NCBI RefSeq assembly: GCF_004010195.1
Contig: NC_057719.1
Location: 25,742,663 to 25,799,782 of the forward strand
DNA from: Chiloscyllium plagiosum
Taxonomy: Eukaryota
Length of the DNA stretch: 57,120 bases
Reading direction: 5' to 3'
The notes beneath the pieces are model-generated. The model was not told the DNA's origin and did not search any database. It saw nothing but the letters and a program-made list of their open reading frames with translations. Both the position numbers and the translations under genes were made by a program. Positions 12,791-25,121 of the stretch are shown piece by piece (position 1 is the first letter of the stretch; every line of letters begins with the position of its first letter).

Positions 12791-15700
12791 CATAGAACAA
12801 AGAACAATACAGTGCAGTACAGGCCCTTCGGCCCTCGATGCTGCACCGACCTGTGAAAATGTTCTGAAGCCCTTCTAACCTACACTATTCCATTATCATC
12901 CATATATTTATCCAATGACCATTTAAATGCCCTTAAAGTTGGCGAGTCTACTACTGTTGCAGGCAGGGCTTTCCACGCCCTTACTACTCTCTAAGTAAAG
13001 AACCTACCTCTGACATCTCTCCTATATCTACCACCCCTCAGTTTAAAGCTAAGTCGCCTCATGCTAGCCATCACCAACCCAGGAAAAAGGCTCTCACTGT
13101 CCACCCTATGTAATCGCCTGGTCATCTTCTATTTCTCTATTGGGTCATCTCTTACTCTTCTTCTCTCTAATGAAAACAGCCTCAAGTCCCTCAGCCTTTC
13201 CTCATAAGACCTTCCCTCCATAGCATGCAACATCCTAGGGAATCTCCTCTGCATCTTTTCCAAATGCTTCCACGTTCTTCCTATAATGCAGTGACCAGAA
13301 TTTTACACAATACTCCAAGTGCGGCTGCACCAGAGTTTTGTACAGCTGCAACATGACTTCATGGCTCCGAAACTCAATTCCTCCACCAATAAAAGCCAAC
13401 ACACCGAATGCCTTCTTAACAATCCTATCAACTGGGTGGCAACTTTCAGGGATCTATGCATGTGGATACAGAGATCTCTCTGCTCATCCACATTACCAAG
13501 AATCTTACAATTAACCCAGTGCTCTTTGTTCATGTTATTCCTCCCGAAGTGAATCACCTCACATATTTCTACATTAAACTCCATTTGCCACCTCTCAACC
13601 CAGCTCTGCAGCTTATCTGTGTCCCTCTGTAACCTGCAACATCCTTTGGCACAGTCCACAACTTCACCGACTTCAGTGTCATCCATACATTTACTAACCG
13701 ATTCTTCTACGCCCTTATCCAGATCATTTTTAAAAATGAAAAACAGCAATGACCCCAAAGCAGATCCCTGTGGTACACCACTCGTAACTGAACTCCAGGA
13801 TGAACATTTCCCACCAACCACCACCCTCTGTTTTCTTTAAGCTAGCCAATTCCTGATCCAAATCATTAAAAAACCTTCAATCCAATGCTTCCGTATTTTT
13901 TGCAATAGCCTACCATGAGGAACCTTATCAAATGCTTTACTGAAATCCATATACATCACATCAACTGCTTTATCCTCATCCACCTGTTTGGTCACTTTCT
14001 CAAAGAACTCAATAAGGTTTGTGAGGCACGACTTACCCTTCAAAAAACCGTGTTGACTATCCCTAATCAAATTATTACTTTCTAGATTATTATAATTCCT
14101 ATCTCTATAACACTTTCCAACACCTTACCAACAATGAAGTAAGGCTCACTGATCTATACCAGGGTTGTCTCTACTCCCCTTCTTGAACAAGGGAACAACA
14201 TTTGCTATCCTCCAGTCTTCTGGCACTATCTCGTCACTGTCTATAGGAATAAAGATCAAAGCCAAAGGCTCTGCAATCTCCTCCCTAGCTTCCCAGAGAA
14301 TCCTAGGATGAATCCCATTCAGCCCAGGGGGGTTAACTATTTTCACACTTTCCAGAATTGCTAACACCTGTGTGTTGCCTGTGTGAATACTGATGAAAAT
14401 TATTCATTTAGCGCCTCTCCTATCTCTTTGGACTCAACACACAACTTCACACTACTATCCTTGACAGAATCTAATCTTTCTCTAGTCATTCTTTTATTCC
14501 TGACATACCTATAGAAAGCTTTAGGGTATTCCTTCATCCTACTTGTCAACGATTTCTCATGTCCCCTCCTGGCTCTTAACTCTCACTTTAGGTCCTTCTT
14601 GGCTAACGTGAAAAATTCACGCTAACTGAGCCTTCACGCCTCATCTTTACATCAGCCTCCTTGTTCCTCTTGACAAGAGATTCAACTTCTTTAGTAAATC
14701 ACGGTTCCCTCACTCGACCATTTACTCCCAGCCTGACAGGTACATACTTACCAAGGACACACAGTAGCTATTCCTTGAATAAACTCCACATTTCAATTGT
14801 GCCCATCCCTTGCAATTTTCTTTCCCAACCAATGCATCCTAAATCTTGTCTAATTGCCTCATAATTGCCTTTCCCCCAGCTATAACTCTTGCCCTGCGGT
14901 TTATACCTATCCCTTTCCATTGCTAAAGTAAACATAACTGAATTGTGGTCACTATCACCAAAGTGCTCATCTACCTCCAAATCTAACATCTGGCTGAGAC
15001 CATCACCCAGTACCAAATCCAATATGGCCTCACCCCTTGTTGGCCTGTCTACATACTGTGTTAGGAAACTCTCCTGCACACATTAGACAAAAACTGACCC
15101 ATCTAAGGTATTCGAACTATAGCATTTCCAGTCGATATTAGGAAAGTTAAAGGACCCCATGCCTTATTACTTTCGCTCCTATCCAGAATCATCTTTGCAA
15201 TCCGTTCCTCTACATCTCGGGAACTTTTTGGAGGCCTATAGAAAATTCTCAACAGGGTGACCTCTCCTTTCTTTTTTCTAACTTATTACCTCAGTAGACG
15301 AGTCCTCATCAAATGTCCTTCCTCCACCGTAATACTGTCCTTGACTAACAATACCACATCTTCCCCTCTTTTACCACCTTGCCTATTCTTACTGAAACTT
15401 CTAAACCCTGGAACCTGCAAAAACCATTCCTATCCCTGCTCTATTCATGTCTCCAAAATGGCCACAACGTCAAAGTTTCAGGTACCAACTCATGCTGCAA
15501 GTTCACCCACCTTATTCTGGATGTTCCTGGTATTGAAGTAGACACACTTCAAACAACCTTCCTGTCTGCTGGTACACTCCTGTGACCTTGAAATCTTATT
15601 CATGACCTCACTACTCTCAACCTCTTGTACACTGGAGCTACATTCAAGTTCACATCCCTCTGCTGAATTAGTTTAAATCCTCCCGAAGAGCATTAGCAAA

Positions 15701-16050
15701 ACTCTCCCCCAAGATACTGGTACCCCTCTGGTTCAGGTGTAGACCATCTCATTTGTAGAGGTATCACCTATCCCAGAATGAGCCCAATTATCCAGGCATC
15801 TGAATCCCTCCCTCCTGTAGCAGCACTGTAACCACATGTTTAACTGCTCTCTCTATCGCTATTCCTTGCCTCACTAACACGTGGCATGAGTAATAAACTA
15901 GAGATAACAATTCTGTTTGTTCTAGCTCTAAGCTTCCACCCTAGCTTCTTGAATTTCTGTCTGACATTCCCATCCCTTTTCCTACCTATGTTGTTGGTGC
16001 CTATGTGGACCACAACTTGGAGCTGCTCCCGCTCCTCCTCAAGGATCCGT
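12790..16050 (-). mobile_element. CR1/HER1-type LINE, 5'-truncated and frameshifted (end of ORF1 esterase, ORF2 endonuclease and RT)
   Basis: VVVHIGTN (SGNH ORF1), PTRGEAILDLVL, GDSDHN, QHGFLKGKSCLTNL, YMDFSKAFDKVPH and GVPQGS motifs. 3' tail near 12790. Confidence 0.9.
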
Positions 16051-16703
16051 AAACATGATCTGTTCTATGTTCTATATTCAAGCAGGAGGTTGGAAGAACA
16101 CAGCAAGCCAGGCAGCATCAGGAGGTGGAGAAGTCAATGTTTCAGGTGTAACCCTTCTTCAGGACTGGAGTGGGTGCAGAGGGAGCTGCAGATAAAGGGG
16201 GTGGGGGAGGGATTTGGGTGAGGAGAGGGGCAGGGTGCTGAGGTAGTGATAGGTGAACACAGGTAGAAAGTACGAACTGGTTGGACTATGGGAGGAATGA
16301 ATCCAGTTGGTACCTGGAAGGAAGGGTCAATGAGAAGAATGGAATGGAGAGGGTGGGGCTGGGAAGGAAGGTTATTTGAAATTGGAGAACTCAATGTTGA
16401 GTCTCAACGCTGTAGGCTGCCCAGGTGGAAGACGAAGTGTTGTTCCTCCAATTTGTGGTTTGATTTATTGTGGTAATGGAGGAGGCAAATGATGGTTACG
16501 TTGGAGAGGGAGTGGGAAAGGAAATTAAAATGGGCAGTGACAGGGATGTCAGGTCACTCCCTGCGGGCACAGCGGGGTAGAGAAGACCACATTGGGAGCA
16601 CCGGATATAATAAACTAAGTTGAAGGACCGCATCGATTTTCCTGCTCCTCAGGTGCTGTCTGACCTGCTATGCTTTTCCAGCACAACTCTAATCTAGACT
16701 CTA

Positions 16704-17460
16704 ACAAAGAGGATTGATGAAAGCAGAGCGGTAGATGTGATCTATACAGATTTCAGTAAGGCGTTTGACAAGGTTCCCCATGGGAGACTAATTAGCAAGG
16801 TTAGATCTCATGGAATACAGGGAGAACTAGCCATTTGGATTCAGAACTGGCTCAAAGGTAGAAGACACGGTGGTGGTGGAGGGTAGTTTTTCAGATTGGA
16901 GGCCTGTGACCAGTGGAGTGCCACAAGGATCGGTGCTGGGTCCTCTACATTTTGTCATTTACATAAATGATTTGGATGCGAGCATAAGAGGTACAGTTAG
17001 TAAGTTTGCAGATTATACCAAAATTGGAGGTGTAGTGGACAGCGAAGAGGGTTACCTCAGATTACAACAGAATCTTGATCAGATNNNNNNNNNNNNNNNN
17101 NNNNNNNNNNNNNNNNNNNNNNNNNNNNNNNNNNNAAGGATGTTGCCAGGGTTGGAGGATTTGAGCTATGGGAAGAGGCTGAACAGGCTGGGGCTATTTT
17201 CCCTGGAGCGGAGGCTGAGGGGTGACCTTATAGAGGTTTACAAAATTATGAGGGGCATGGATAGGGTAAATAGCCAAAGTCTTTTCCCTGGGGTGGGGGG
17301 GTTCAGAACTAGAGGGCATAGGTTTAGGGTGAGAAGGGAAAGATATCAAAGAGACCTAAGGGGCAACTTTTTCATGCAGAGGGTGGTACGTGTATGGAAT
17401 GAGCTGCCAGAGGAAGTGTTGGAGGCTGGTACAATTGCAACATACTGTACATCTCTATGA
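16704..17460 (+). mobile_element. CR1 RT and 3' fragment (spans the N-gap 17085-17135)
   Basis: VTSGVPQGSVLGP, YINDLD and RRLRGDLIEVYKIM motifs. Confidence 0.88.
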
Positions 17461-17836
17461 ATCTATCTGCAGTCCTCACTTATGCCTAAGTTGAAGGAGT
17501 CGCAAGTGATTCTCTGTCTCACCTGGAAGGACTGTTTTGAGCCCTGGGTGGAGGTGAAGGGGGTGGTGTACTGGCAAGTTTTACCCTTTCTGTCATCCAG
17601 ACAGCTCTCCACCACATCTCCTCCATTCCCTGCTCCACTGCTCTAAATGCCCCCCACCTCTAAACAAAATAAAGACAGAGTCCCACTTGCCCTCACCAAC
17701 CACCCCACCAGTCTCCGCATCCAACGTATTATCCTTAAATATTTCTGCCAACTCCAACTAGACCTGACCACCAAGAACATCTTCTCCTTCCCACCCCTCT
17801 CTGCCTTCCCACCCCTCTTTGCCAATCCTTGGTTCA

Positions 17837-18062
17837 GGATTAGAATGGTGCTGAAAAACACAGCAGGTCAGGCACCATCCGAGGAGCAGGAAAATTGACG
17901 TATCGGCAAAAGCCCTTCATCAGGATCAGCTCTTCCTAATGAAGGACCTTTGCCCGTAACATCGATTTTTCTGCTCCTCGGATGCTACATGGCATGATGT
18001 GCCTTTCCAGCACCACTCTAATCTTGACTCTAATCTCCAGCATCTGCAGTACCCACTTTAAC
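17837..18062. mobile_element. Palindromic family A insertion inside the Neptune-type element
   Basis: TSD ccaatc(c/t)ttggttca at 17822 and 18063. Confidence 0.78.
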
Positions 18063-19143
18063 CCAATCTTTGGTTCACGCCACTCTCCCCACTGACTCCC
18101 CTGAATCCCACGAACCTACCCCGCAACTGGAAAAGATGCAAAACCTGCCGATACACCACCTCCCTCACCTCCATCCAGGGCCCCAAACAGAGATTCGCCT
18201 GCCTCTCCTCCAATCTAGTTTACTGTATCTGGTACTCCCAATGTGATCTTCCCTACACAGGGGAGACCAAACATAAATTAAGGAAACAGTTTGGCGAGAA
18301 TCTCAGTCAGGCCCACAGGGGCTGACCTGACCTCCCAGTCACTGTCCATTTTAACTTCCCTTCTCACTCCCTCTCCGACATGACCACCCTCGGCCTTCTC
18401 CATTGCCACAGTGAATCACACCACAATTTAAAGGAGCAAGGCCTCACCTTCCGCCTGGGCAGCTGACAGCCCAAAGGACTCAACATTGAGTTCTCCAATT
18501 TCAAATAACCTCCCTTCCCATCTCCGACTCCCTTTCCAGCCCCAGCCCCTTCCCCTCCCTTCCATTACTTTGATAGACCCTTCCTTCCAGCTACTAACCA
18601 GATTCATTCCTCCCATTGACCAACTAGGTCATACCTTCTATCTGTGTTCACCTATCACTAACTCAGCAACCTCCCCTTCCCCACCCAAAACCCTCTCCCA
18701 ACTGCCCCCCATTATCTGCAGTTCCCCTTACACCAACTCCCACTCCTGAAGAAGGGTTACACCCAAAATGTTGACTTCTCCACCTCCTGATGCTGCCTGG
18801 TTTGCTGTATTCTTCCAGCCTCCTGTTTCTGAACCTTGGGTTAAGGCATTTAACATGCTTGCCTTCATTGCTCAGATCTGTGAGTATAGAGTTGGAATGT
18901 CATGTTGAGGTTGGTGATGCCTCTTCTGGAGTACTGTGTGCAGTTCTGGTCGCCCTCCTGTAGGAAGGGGGTATTATTATATTGGAGAGGGTTCAGAAAA
19001 GATTGCTGAGAATGGAGGGCTTGAATTATAAAAATAGGCTGGGACTTTTTTCACTGGAGCATAGAAGTTAGGAGTGACCTTATAGAGGTTTGTAATATCA
19101 AGAGGGGCATAGATAAGGTGAGTAGGTCTTGTGAGTAGGTTTC

Positions 19144-19171
19144 CTGATGAAGGGCTTTTGCCCGAAATGTC
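19144..19171 (+). ncRNA. Hammerhead motif, family A, within insertion 19133-19269
   Basis: ctgatga-a-gggc(tttt)gccc-gaaa-tgtc with CpG decay in stem III. TSD tgagtaggtcttgt at 19119 and 19270. Confidence 0.7.
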
Positions 19172-20149
19172 GATTTTGCTGCTCGTCGGATGCTGCCTGA
19201 ATTGCTGTGCTCTTCCAGCACCACTGATCCAGAATCTGGTTTCCAGCATCTGCAGTCATTGTTTTTACCTGAGTAGGTCTTGTCCCTAGCATGGGAGAAT
19301 GCAAAATTAGGGGACCTATTTTCAAAGTGAGAGGAGAAAGCTTTAAAAGAACGTGAGGGGCAACTTTTTTATACAGAGAATGGTTTGTGTGTGGAACGAA
19401 ATGCCAGAGGAAGTAACGGGAGAAGGCACAGTAACAACATTTAAAAGATATTTGGATAAACATGAATAGGAAAGGTTTGGAAGAATATGGGCCAAATGCA
19501 GCAAGTCAGATCAGTTTAGTTTGGGAACATGATCGATGTGGACTAGTTGGACTGAAGGATCTGTTTCTGTGCTGTATGGCTCTATGTAAATAATCGTATT
19601 AAGAATACAGGTACAGCAGGCAGTGAAGAAAGCTAATGGCATGCTAGCCTTCATAGCAAGACGAATTAAGTATAGGAGCAAAGAAGTCCTTCTGCAGCTG
19701 TACAGGGCCCTGGTGAGACTGCACCTGGAATTTTGTGTGCAGTTTTGGTTTCCAACTTTGAGGAAGGACATTCTGGCTATTGAGGGAGGGCAGCGTAGGT
19801 TCACGAGGTCAATTCCCAGAATGGCGGGACTATCATATGTTGAAAGATTGGAGTGACTGGGCTTGTCTTTACTTGAGTTTAGAAGGATGAGAGGGGATCT
19901 GATTGAATTGTATAAGATTATTAAAGGACTGGACCCTCTGGACGCAGGAAGTATGTTTCCACTGATGGATGAGTCCAGAGCCAGAGGACACAGTTTAAAA
20001 ATAAAGGGTAGGCCATTTAGAACAGAGTTGAGGGGAAATTTCTTCACCTAGAGAGTGGTGGATATATGAAATGCTCTGCCCCAGAAGGCAGTCGAGACCA
20101 CATCTCTGGATACTTTCAAGAAATAGATGGATAGATCTCTTAAAGATAA

Positions 20150-20462
20150 GGGCGGCACGATGGTACAGTGGTTAGCACTGCTGCCTCACAGCGCCAGAGA
20201 CCCGGGTTCAATTCCCACCTCAGGCGACTGACTGTGTGGAGTTTGCACATTCTCCCCGTGTCTGCGTGGGTTTCCTCCGGGTGCTCCGGTTTCCTCCCAC
20301 AGTCCAAAAATGTGCAGGTCAGGTGAATTGGCCATGCTAAATTGCCCGTAGTGTTAGGTAAAGGGTAAATGTAGGTGTATGGGTGGGTTGCGCTTCGGCG
20401 GGTTGGTGTGGGCTTGTTGGCCCGAAGGGCCTGTTTCCACACTGTAATCTAATCTAATCTAA
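20150..20462 (+). mobile_element. Full-length HE1-type V-SINE
   Basis: tRNA-like head (A box tggtacagtgg, B box gggttcaattcc), V core tgtgtggagtttgcacattctccccgtgtctgcgtgggtttcctccggg, CR1-like tail with (aatct)n. Confidence 0.88.
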
Positions 20463-21404
20463 TAGTGGAATCAAGGGCTATAGGGATAAGGCAGGAACAG
20501 GATACTGACTGTGGATGATCAACCATGATCATAATGAATGGTGGTGCTGGCTCGAAGGGCCGAATGGCTTATTCTTACACCTATTGTCTATTCATATCAC
20601 GGAGTATTTTTTGCTAATACCCAATCATACAATTGTAATACTGTATTTCTAAAAGTAAGGAGTCACCAAGATTTCAGGGAATAAGACTGATGCTGCTGCT
20701 GCTGCTGCACTATTGTTAGACTGATATTGGATCTTTCACATCAATTACAGTCCACCAGCTGGTAATGCAGTTACCCACCAGAGCCATTTATTTAACTCGG
20801 ACAGACAGAGCAGTAAAACACTGAACACAGCAGTGTTCACCACAAGCAAAAGGCAAATGCGTCAGTGAAGCATGCAAACTGCCCCCATGCAATGATGTCC
20901 ACTTTGATCACTTTTACTGGCTTGGCAATTTATTCATTATAGAGAAAAGTTGAAGAAGTATTTAAATTGCTGGCTCCTAACATGTTCTCTGTCGGTGCTT
21001 GGGTTAGCTGCCGCTTGGAGGAGCCATTTAGGCTGTTCGAAGAATAATCTTAAATGATAAGTGAACGGGATCGAGCGTTTGCAACAAAATACCGAACAAG
21101 GTAAAAAGGAATTTCCAAAAGAACGACCACTTTCAAATAGTTTAGACAACACAATCTGACCCACTGGCATAGCTGACCCAGAGACTTAAAAAAAATCCAA
21201 GTCTAATCCACAAAGGGTCTGACTTCAAACCTTCCGCTAAAGACTGTAATGAGTGAACGAAACTTTAGTCAAATAAAAGTTGAAATCTAAACATTTCCTC
21301 TTTGTGTTTTTTTATAGCTCGATGGGGAGTGAATGTTTTTAATAGGAGTAGCCCCCACCCACTGCTCGGACTTGACCTGACCACAGCGGCTGAAACACAC
21401 TTAC

Positions 21405-21576
21405 CCCGGGCGGCTCCCGGTGGAGTATTTCCGTGACTTTTTCTTTCCTGGTGTTGAGTTGAAGCCACACTGGACAAGTCCTGATGAGTTTATCCGGAAT
21501 GCTGATGCCTGGAAACGGCGAAGGGACAGTGGCGGTGGCAGGCTGTCCACATTCATCTTTCGCCCCTAGCAGTGAA
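21405..21576 (-). CDS. RIN3: RIN3 coding exon 2, start of the SH2 domain
   Basis: Acceptor tgtgtccctttag, donor gtaagt, 172 nt (phase 2 to phase 0). Encodes SLLGAKDECGQPATATVPSPFPGISIPDKLIRTCPVWLQLNTRKEKVTEILHREPPG, matching the RIN3 motif GISILEKLIKTCPVWLQL. Lies downstream of SLC24A4 on the same strand. Confidence 0.9.
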
Positions 21577-21846
21577 CTAAAGGGACACAGAACATAACCT
21601 GGCTGCATTATAGATAAGAGTTAGAATTTACGTGGCAATGGGACCGGCCACACTAATAACAATGTTGACAGATTATTTGACACAACAGTACGAGTGAAGT
21701 CAGACTTTGCAAAGTTGAATTTGCATGTTAATGCACAAACTTGTGAAGTGCATTAGGAGAAAGCTCCTGGGATAGTAAGATGCTTTGTTTTGTTAAAATA
21801 AAAAACCCTGAGCAATAACCAGTCTGTTCAATGTTAAGCTACATAC

Positions 21847-21896
21847 CCTGGCCTGTCTCCAGTTTCCACTTCTTGTCCAGATGTTCTCTCCATCAT
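21847..21896 (-). CDS. RIN3: Probable RIN3 first coding exon
   Basis: ATGATG start, MMERTSGQEVETGDRP(G), 50 nt ending in phase 2 at donor gtatgt (21841-21846). Phase is compatible with exon 2, giving a 270-nt intron, and a promoter-like region lies upstream. Confidence 0.72.
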
Positions 21897-21999
21897 CGCT
21901 TCGCTCGATCAGCCCCACTGTGCAGACCCATTTAAAGAAATATGCTGACTTCAGCACTGTCGTTTCCAAACTGAGCAATAACTCCACATTTTAGTAAGA

Positions 22000-22450
22000 A
22001 GAATAACGCACTTTGCCTCTCAGTCAGAAAGATGGCGTTGGATTGAGCAGACTTTGAACACTAATAGACGTAGAAATGCAGGAAGGCGTGCGCTGTGGGT
22101 TTTCTCTCTCTGACTTCCTGTATTGTGTGAACAAACGGGGGGGGATCTGAGGAAGAGGCAGCTCGAAATGGTCAAGCTTTCAGTATCACTAACTCAAAGC
22201 TTTCCCTGCCTTGGAATTTTACACGGTGTGTGGGAGGAGCACTGACATCATCTGGCAAGTTGTGGAGCCAAATCCACTTCAAATCTGGCCGAAGCGCTCC
22301 AAGTTAAATAAGTAAATGTCTTATTTTTGTTTGCAGATGTGGCTGCATTGCTTTGACTATTCTGGTGCCTTTAAGGGTGAGTAAGCTCTTTATCCACCCG
22401 CCCCCTTCCCCACCCTCACACTCCAAACAGAGCTTTTCCTAAATAAGACC
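22000..22450 (-). promoter_or_regulatory. Candidate RIN3 promoter
   Basis: TE-free, CpG-retaining stretch just 5' of exon 1, with ETS-type motifs (caggaag 22079, acttcctg 22113, gaggaa 22149) and a RUNX-like tgtggg (22094). Confidence 0.5.
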
Positions 22451-23073
22451 AGACGGTTCCCTACACTTATAGCATGTTCCAATCAAACCTAGGCAGTGGA
22501 AGTCTGTAAAGTTTTGCAACTGCTTACTTTGATTCAGCGGCGCAGAAAGGAGAGCTGCATCAGCGCATTTCCCAAGAACAAACCCAAACAAAGTTTATGT
22601 GGGGAGACAAAAGGTTTTCAAAACATGTTAGAAGATAAAAATGATCGGCTACAAAATATTCTGAGCAGAAAGAATGTGATTTACTTGAAAAATAGTTCAG
22701 ACCTTTTGGCGTCTTGGGTGATGGAAACGAAGTATCCTTTGCACAAACAGCTCAAGGCAACATCTGTTTCCAGAACTAAGCAAGCTGAATTCCTTAAATG
22801 CTGTGCTACAGAAATGACTGACTTCCATTTCTTATATTGTTAAACCTCAACAGCTTAGACATAAATAAAGGAACTGATTTAAAGCTTCTCTTTAAAGAAA
22901 CGAATCACTCTAATTTTTGATCACTGATTGAATATTCATTTTTATGATTCATTATTTTTATTCACTACCTGCAAAGTTAAGTTTAAAATTCCGAGCATAT
23001 TTTATGCCCGACTTCAAATTGATTTTTGACAGTAACTGCAGTTTTAAAGTTCAGAAATAGCCTTTTTCTCTCC

Positions 23074-23330
23074 ACGGCTACCTCAGTGCTAGGGACCCGG
23101 GTTCAATTCCAGCCTCAGGTGGCTGCCTGTGTGGAGTTTGCACAATCTCCCCATGCCCGCGTGGGTTTGCTCAGATGTGCAGGTCAGGTGAATTGGCTGG
23201 GCTAAATTGCCTGTAGGGATGTGTAGGTTAGGTGCATTAGTTAGGGGCCAATATAGGAGTGGGTCAGGGTGGGTAACTCTTCAGAGGGTTGGTGTTGGGC
23301 CAAAGGGCCTGTTTCCACAATGCAGGGGTT
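23074..23330 (+). mobile_element. V-SINE copy, internally deleted
   Basis: B box and V core match 20150-20462. Confidence 0.75.
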
Positions 23331-23454
23331 CAAATTCTTCTTAAAATCAGTATTGATCACACAAGAAAGATTTTCGGCTGTAACTATGCTTTCAAATCAA
23401 AACTAAATCAATTCTGTCGTGAACTGGAGCTCCAACCCTCACATCAGTGGTCAA

Positions 23455-24390
23455 GAACATAGAAAAAGGACCCTTAACCCATTGTGTTCTTGCTGGCCAA
23501 AAACAAGCTCCTAGGTATTCAAATCCCATTTTCCAGCACTTAGCCAATATCCTTGTATGCCTTGGCATCATAAGTGCACATCCAAATACTACCAGCATCT
23601 TATGAGGGTTTCTGCCTCTATCACCCTTACAGCAGTGAGGCAGATTCCCACAGTCCTGGAGAGAAAAAAAAGTTTTTCTTCATATCTCCTCTAAACCTTC
23701 TACCCTTTAATTCAAACCCCTGCTCCCTGGCCATTCATCTCTCCAACAAGGAATCATAACTTAATACATCTCCATCATGTCCCCTCTCAATCTCCTTTGC
23801 TGTAAGGAAAATAATCCCAGTCTATAAAATCTCTCTTCAGAACTGAATCTCTCCGGCCCAAGCAACATCCTAGTAAATCTGCTCTGCACCCTCTCTAGTA
23901 CTGTCACATCTCCTATAATGTGAAGTCCAGAGCTGCATCTAATACAATTTACCTGTGGTGTAAATAACATTTATACAAGTCCAGAATAAGCTCGCTACTC
24001 TATGTCTCAACTAATAAAGGAAAGTATATGATGTGCCTTCTTAACCACTTTATCCGCCTGTCTGGATACCTTAAGGGACTGGTGTACATGCACAACAAGG
24101 TTCCTCTGATCTTCGGTGCTTCCCAAACTGTACTGTTTATCATGTATTCCGTTAGGAGAAAGTGAGGACTGCAGATGCTGGAGATCAGAGCTGAAAAATG
24201 TGTTGCTGGAAAAGTGCAGCAGGAAGGGCTTATGCCCGAAACATCGATTCTCCTGCTCCTTGGATGCTGCCTGACCTGCTGCGCTTTTCCAGCAACATAT
24301 GTTTCAGCTCATGCATTCCGTTGCCATGTTTGTTTTGCCCAAATGCATCATCTCACGCTTTTTCGTTTGCCACTGATCAGCCCATCTGAC
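23455..24390 (-). mobile_element. Old CR1 3' fragment
   Basis: LERVQSRFTRML...RRLRGDMMEMY. Confidence 0.75.
24154..24308. mobile_element. Palindromic family A insertion
   Basis: TSD tcatg(t/c)attccgtt at 24140 and 24309. Confidence 0.78.
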
Positions 24391-24998
24391 CAGCTTTTGT
24401 CCACGACGGTCAAAATCTCTAACATCACTTGGTCTGACCTGTGTCATTTGTATGCGTGGACAGTGCCATTTGTGCGAAAAGGATGCACATTTTCCATCTG
24501 TCACCTGGACCTTTATATGGGCTTGAACATTTTTAATTAACCTGTTCAGATATATTATAACACAACTCTGTTGTATGTGGGACTTAAACCTGGTCCTTCT
24601 GGCCCAGAGGTATGGATGCTACCACTACACCACCAGAGCTCTATCCCTTTGAGCCACCTTGTTATAGAACAGACGATTATAGAAACAAACTGCATTTAAT
24701 GGAGATGAAAATTGGGCAGTTTCTGTATTAAGCATCAAGCCATTTTTGTATTCAGAAGGTAAGTTGAGCAATTATCTTGACACAAATCTTGCTAATGAAC
24801 AGGATAAGTAATCTATACCTCAGCTTGATGGTGAAAAAAATACACCATTGAATGATCAACACATTCTTTTCAGTGACTTTTGTTTCTAGTCAAAGTTCTG
24901 TTTTTACTGCAATGAGTCACACAGTCACAGTTAAAAGAGGAAAGATGAATTCTGTGTAGCTTTTAATTCTGAATATACATTGGCTCATTGGTCTGTGG

Positions 24999-25121
24999 GA
25001 GAGAGTGCAGACTGCAGATGTTGGAGATCAGAATCAAAGAATGTGTTGCTGGAAAAGCACAGCAGGTCAGGCAGCGTCTGAGGAGCAGGAGAATCGATGT
25101 TTCGTGCATGAGCCCTCCCTA
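24999..25121 (-). mobile_element. Single-arm family A insertion
   Basis: TSD ctcattggtctgtgg at 24984 and 25122. Confidence 0.75.

Larger units (their letters stand above)
16080..18830. mobile_element. Penelope-like (Neptune-type) element, family B, with inverted arms and nested insertions
   Basis: The plus arm (about 17593-18830) encodes RVPLALTNHPTSLRIQRIILK and a decayed GIY-YIG (SNLVYCIWYSQCDLPYTGETK). The minus arm (16080-16627 and 17486-17592) mirrors it. Both ends carry the hammerhead-bearing terminus. Confidence 0.82.
18840..20592 (+). mobile_element. Two adjacent CR1 3' fragments (about 18840-19590 and 19608-20592)
   Basis: LYRALVRLHLEFCVQFW and RRMRGDLIELYKII motifs with CR1 3' UTR tails. 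Confidence 0.85.

Noticed and set aside
20150..20225. tRNA gene
   Set aside because: It is the tRNA-derived head of a V-SINE, continuous with the SINE core and tail.
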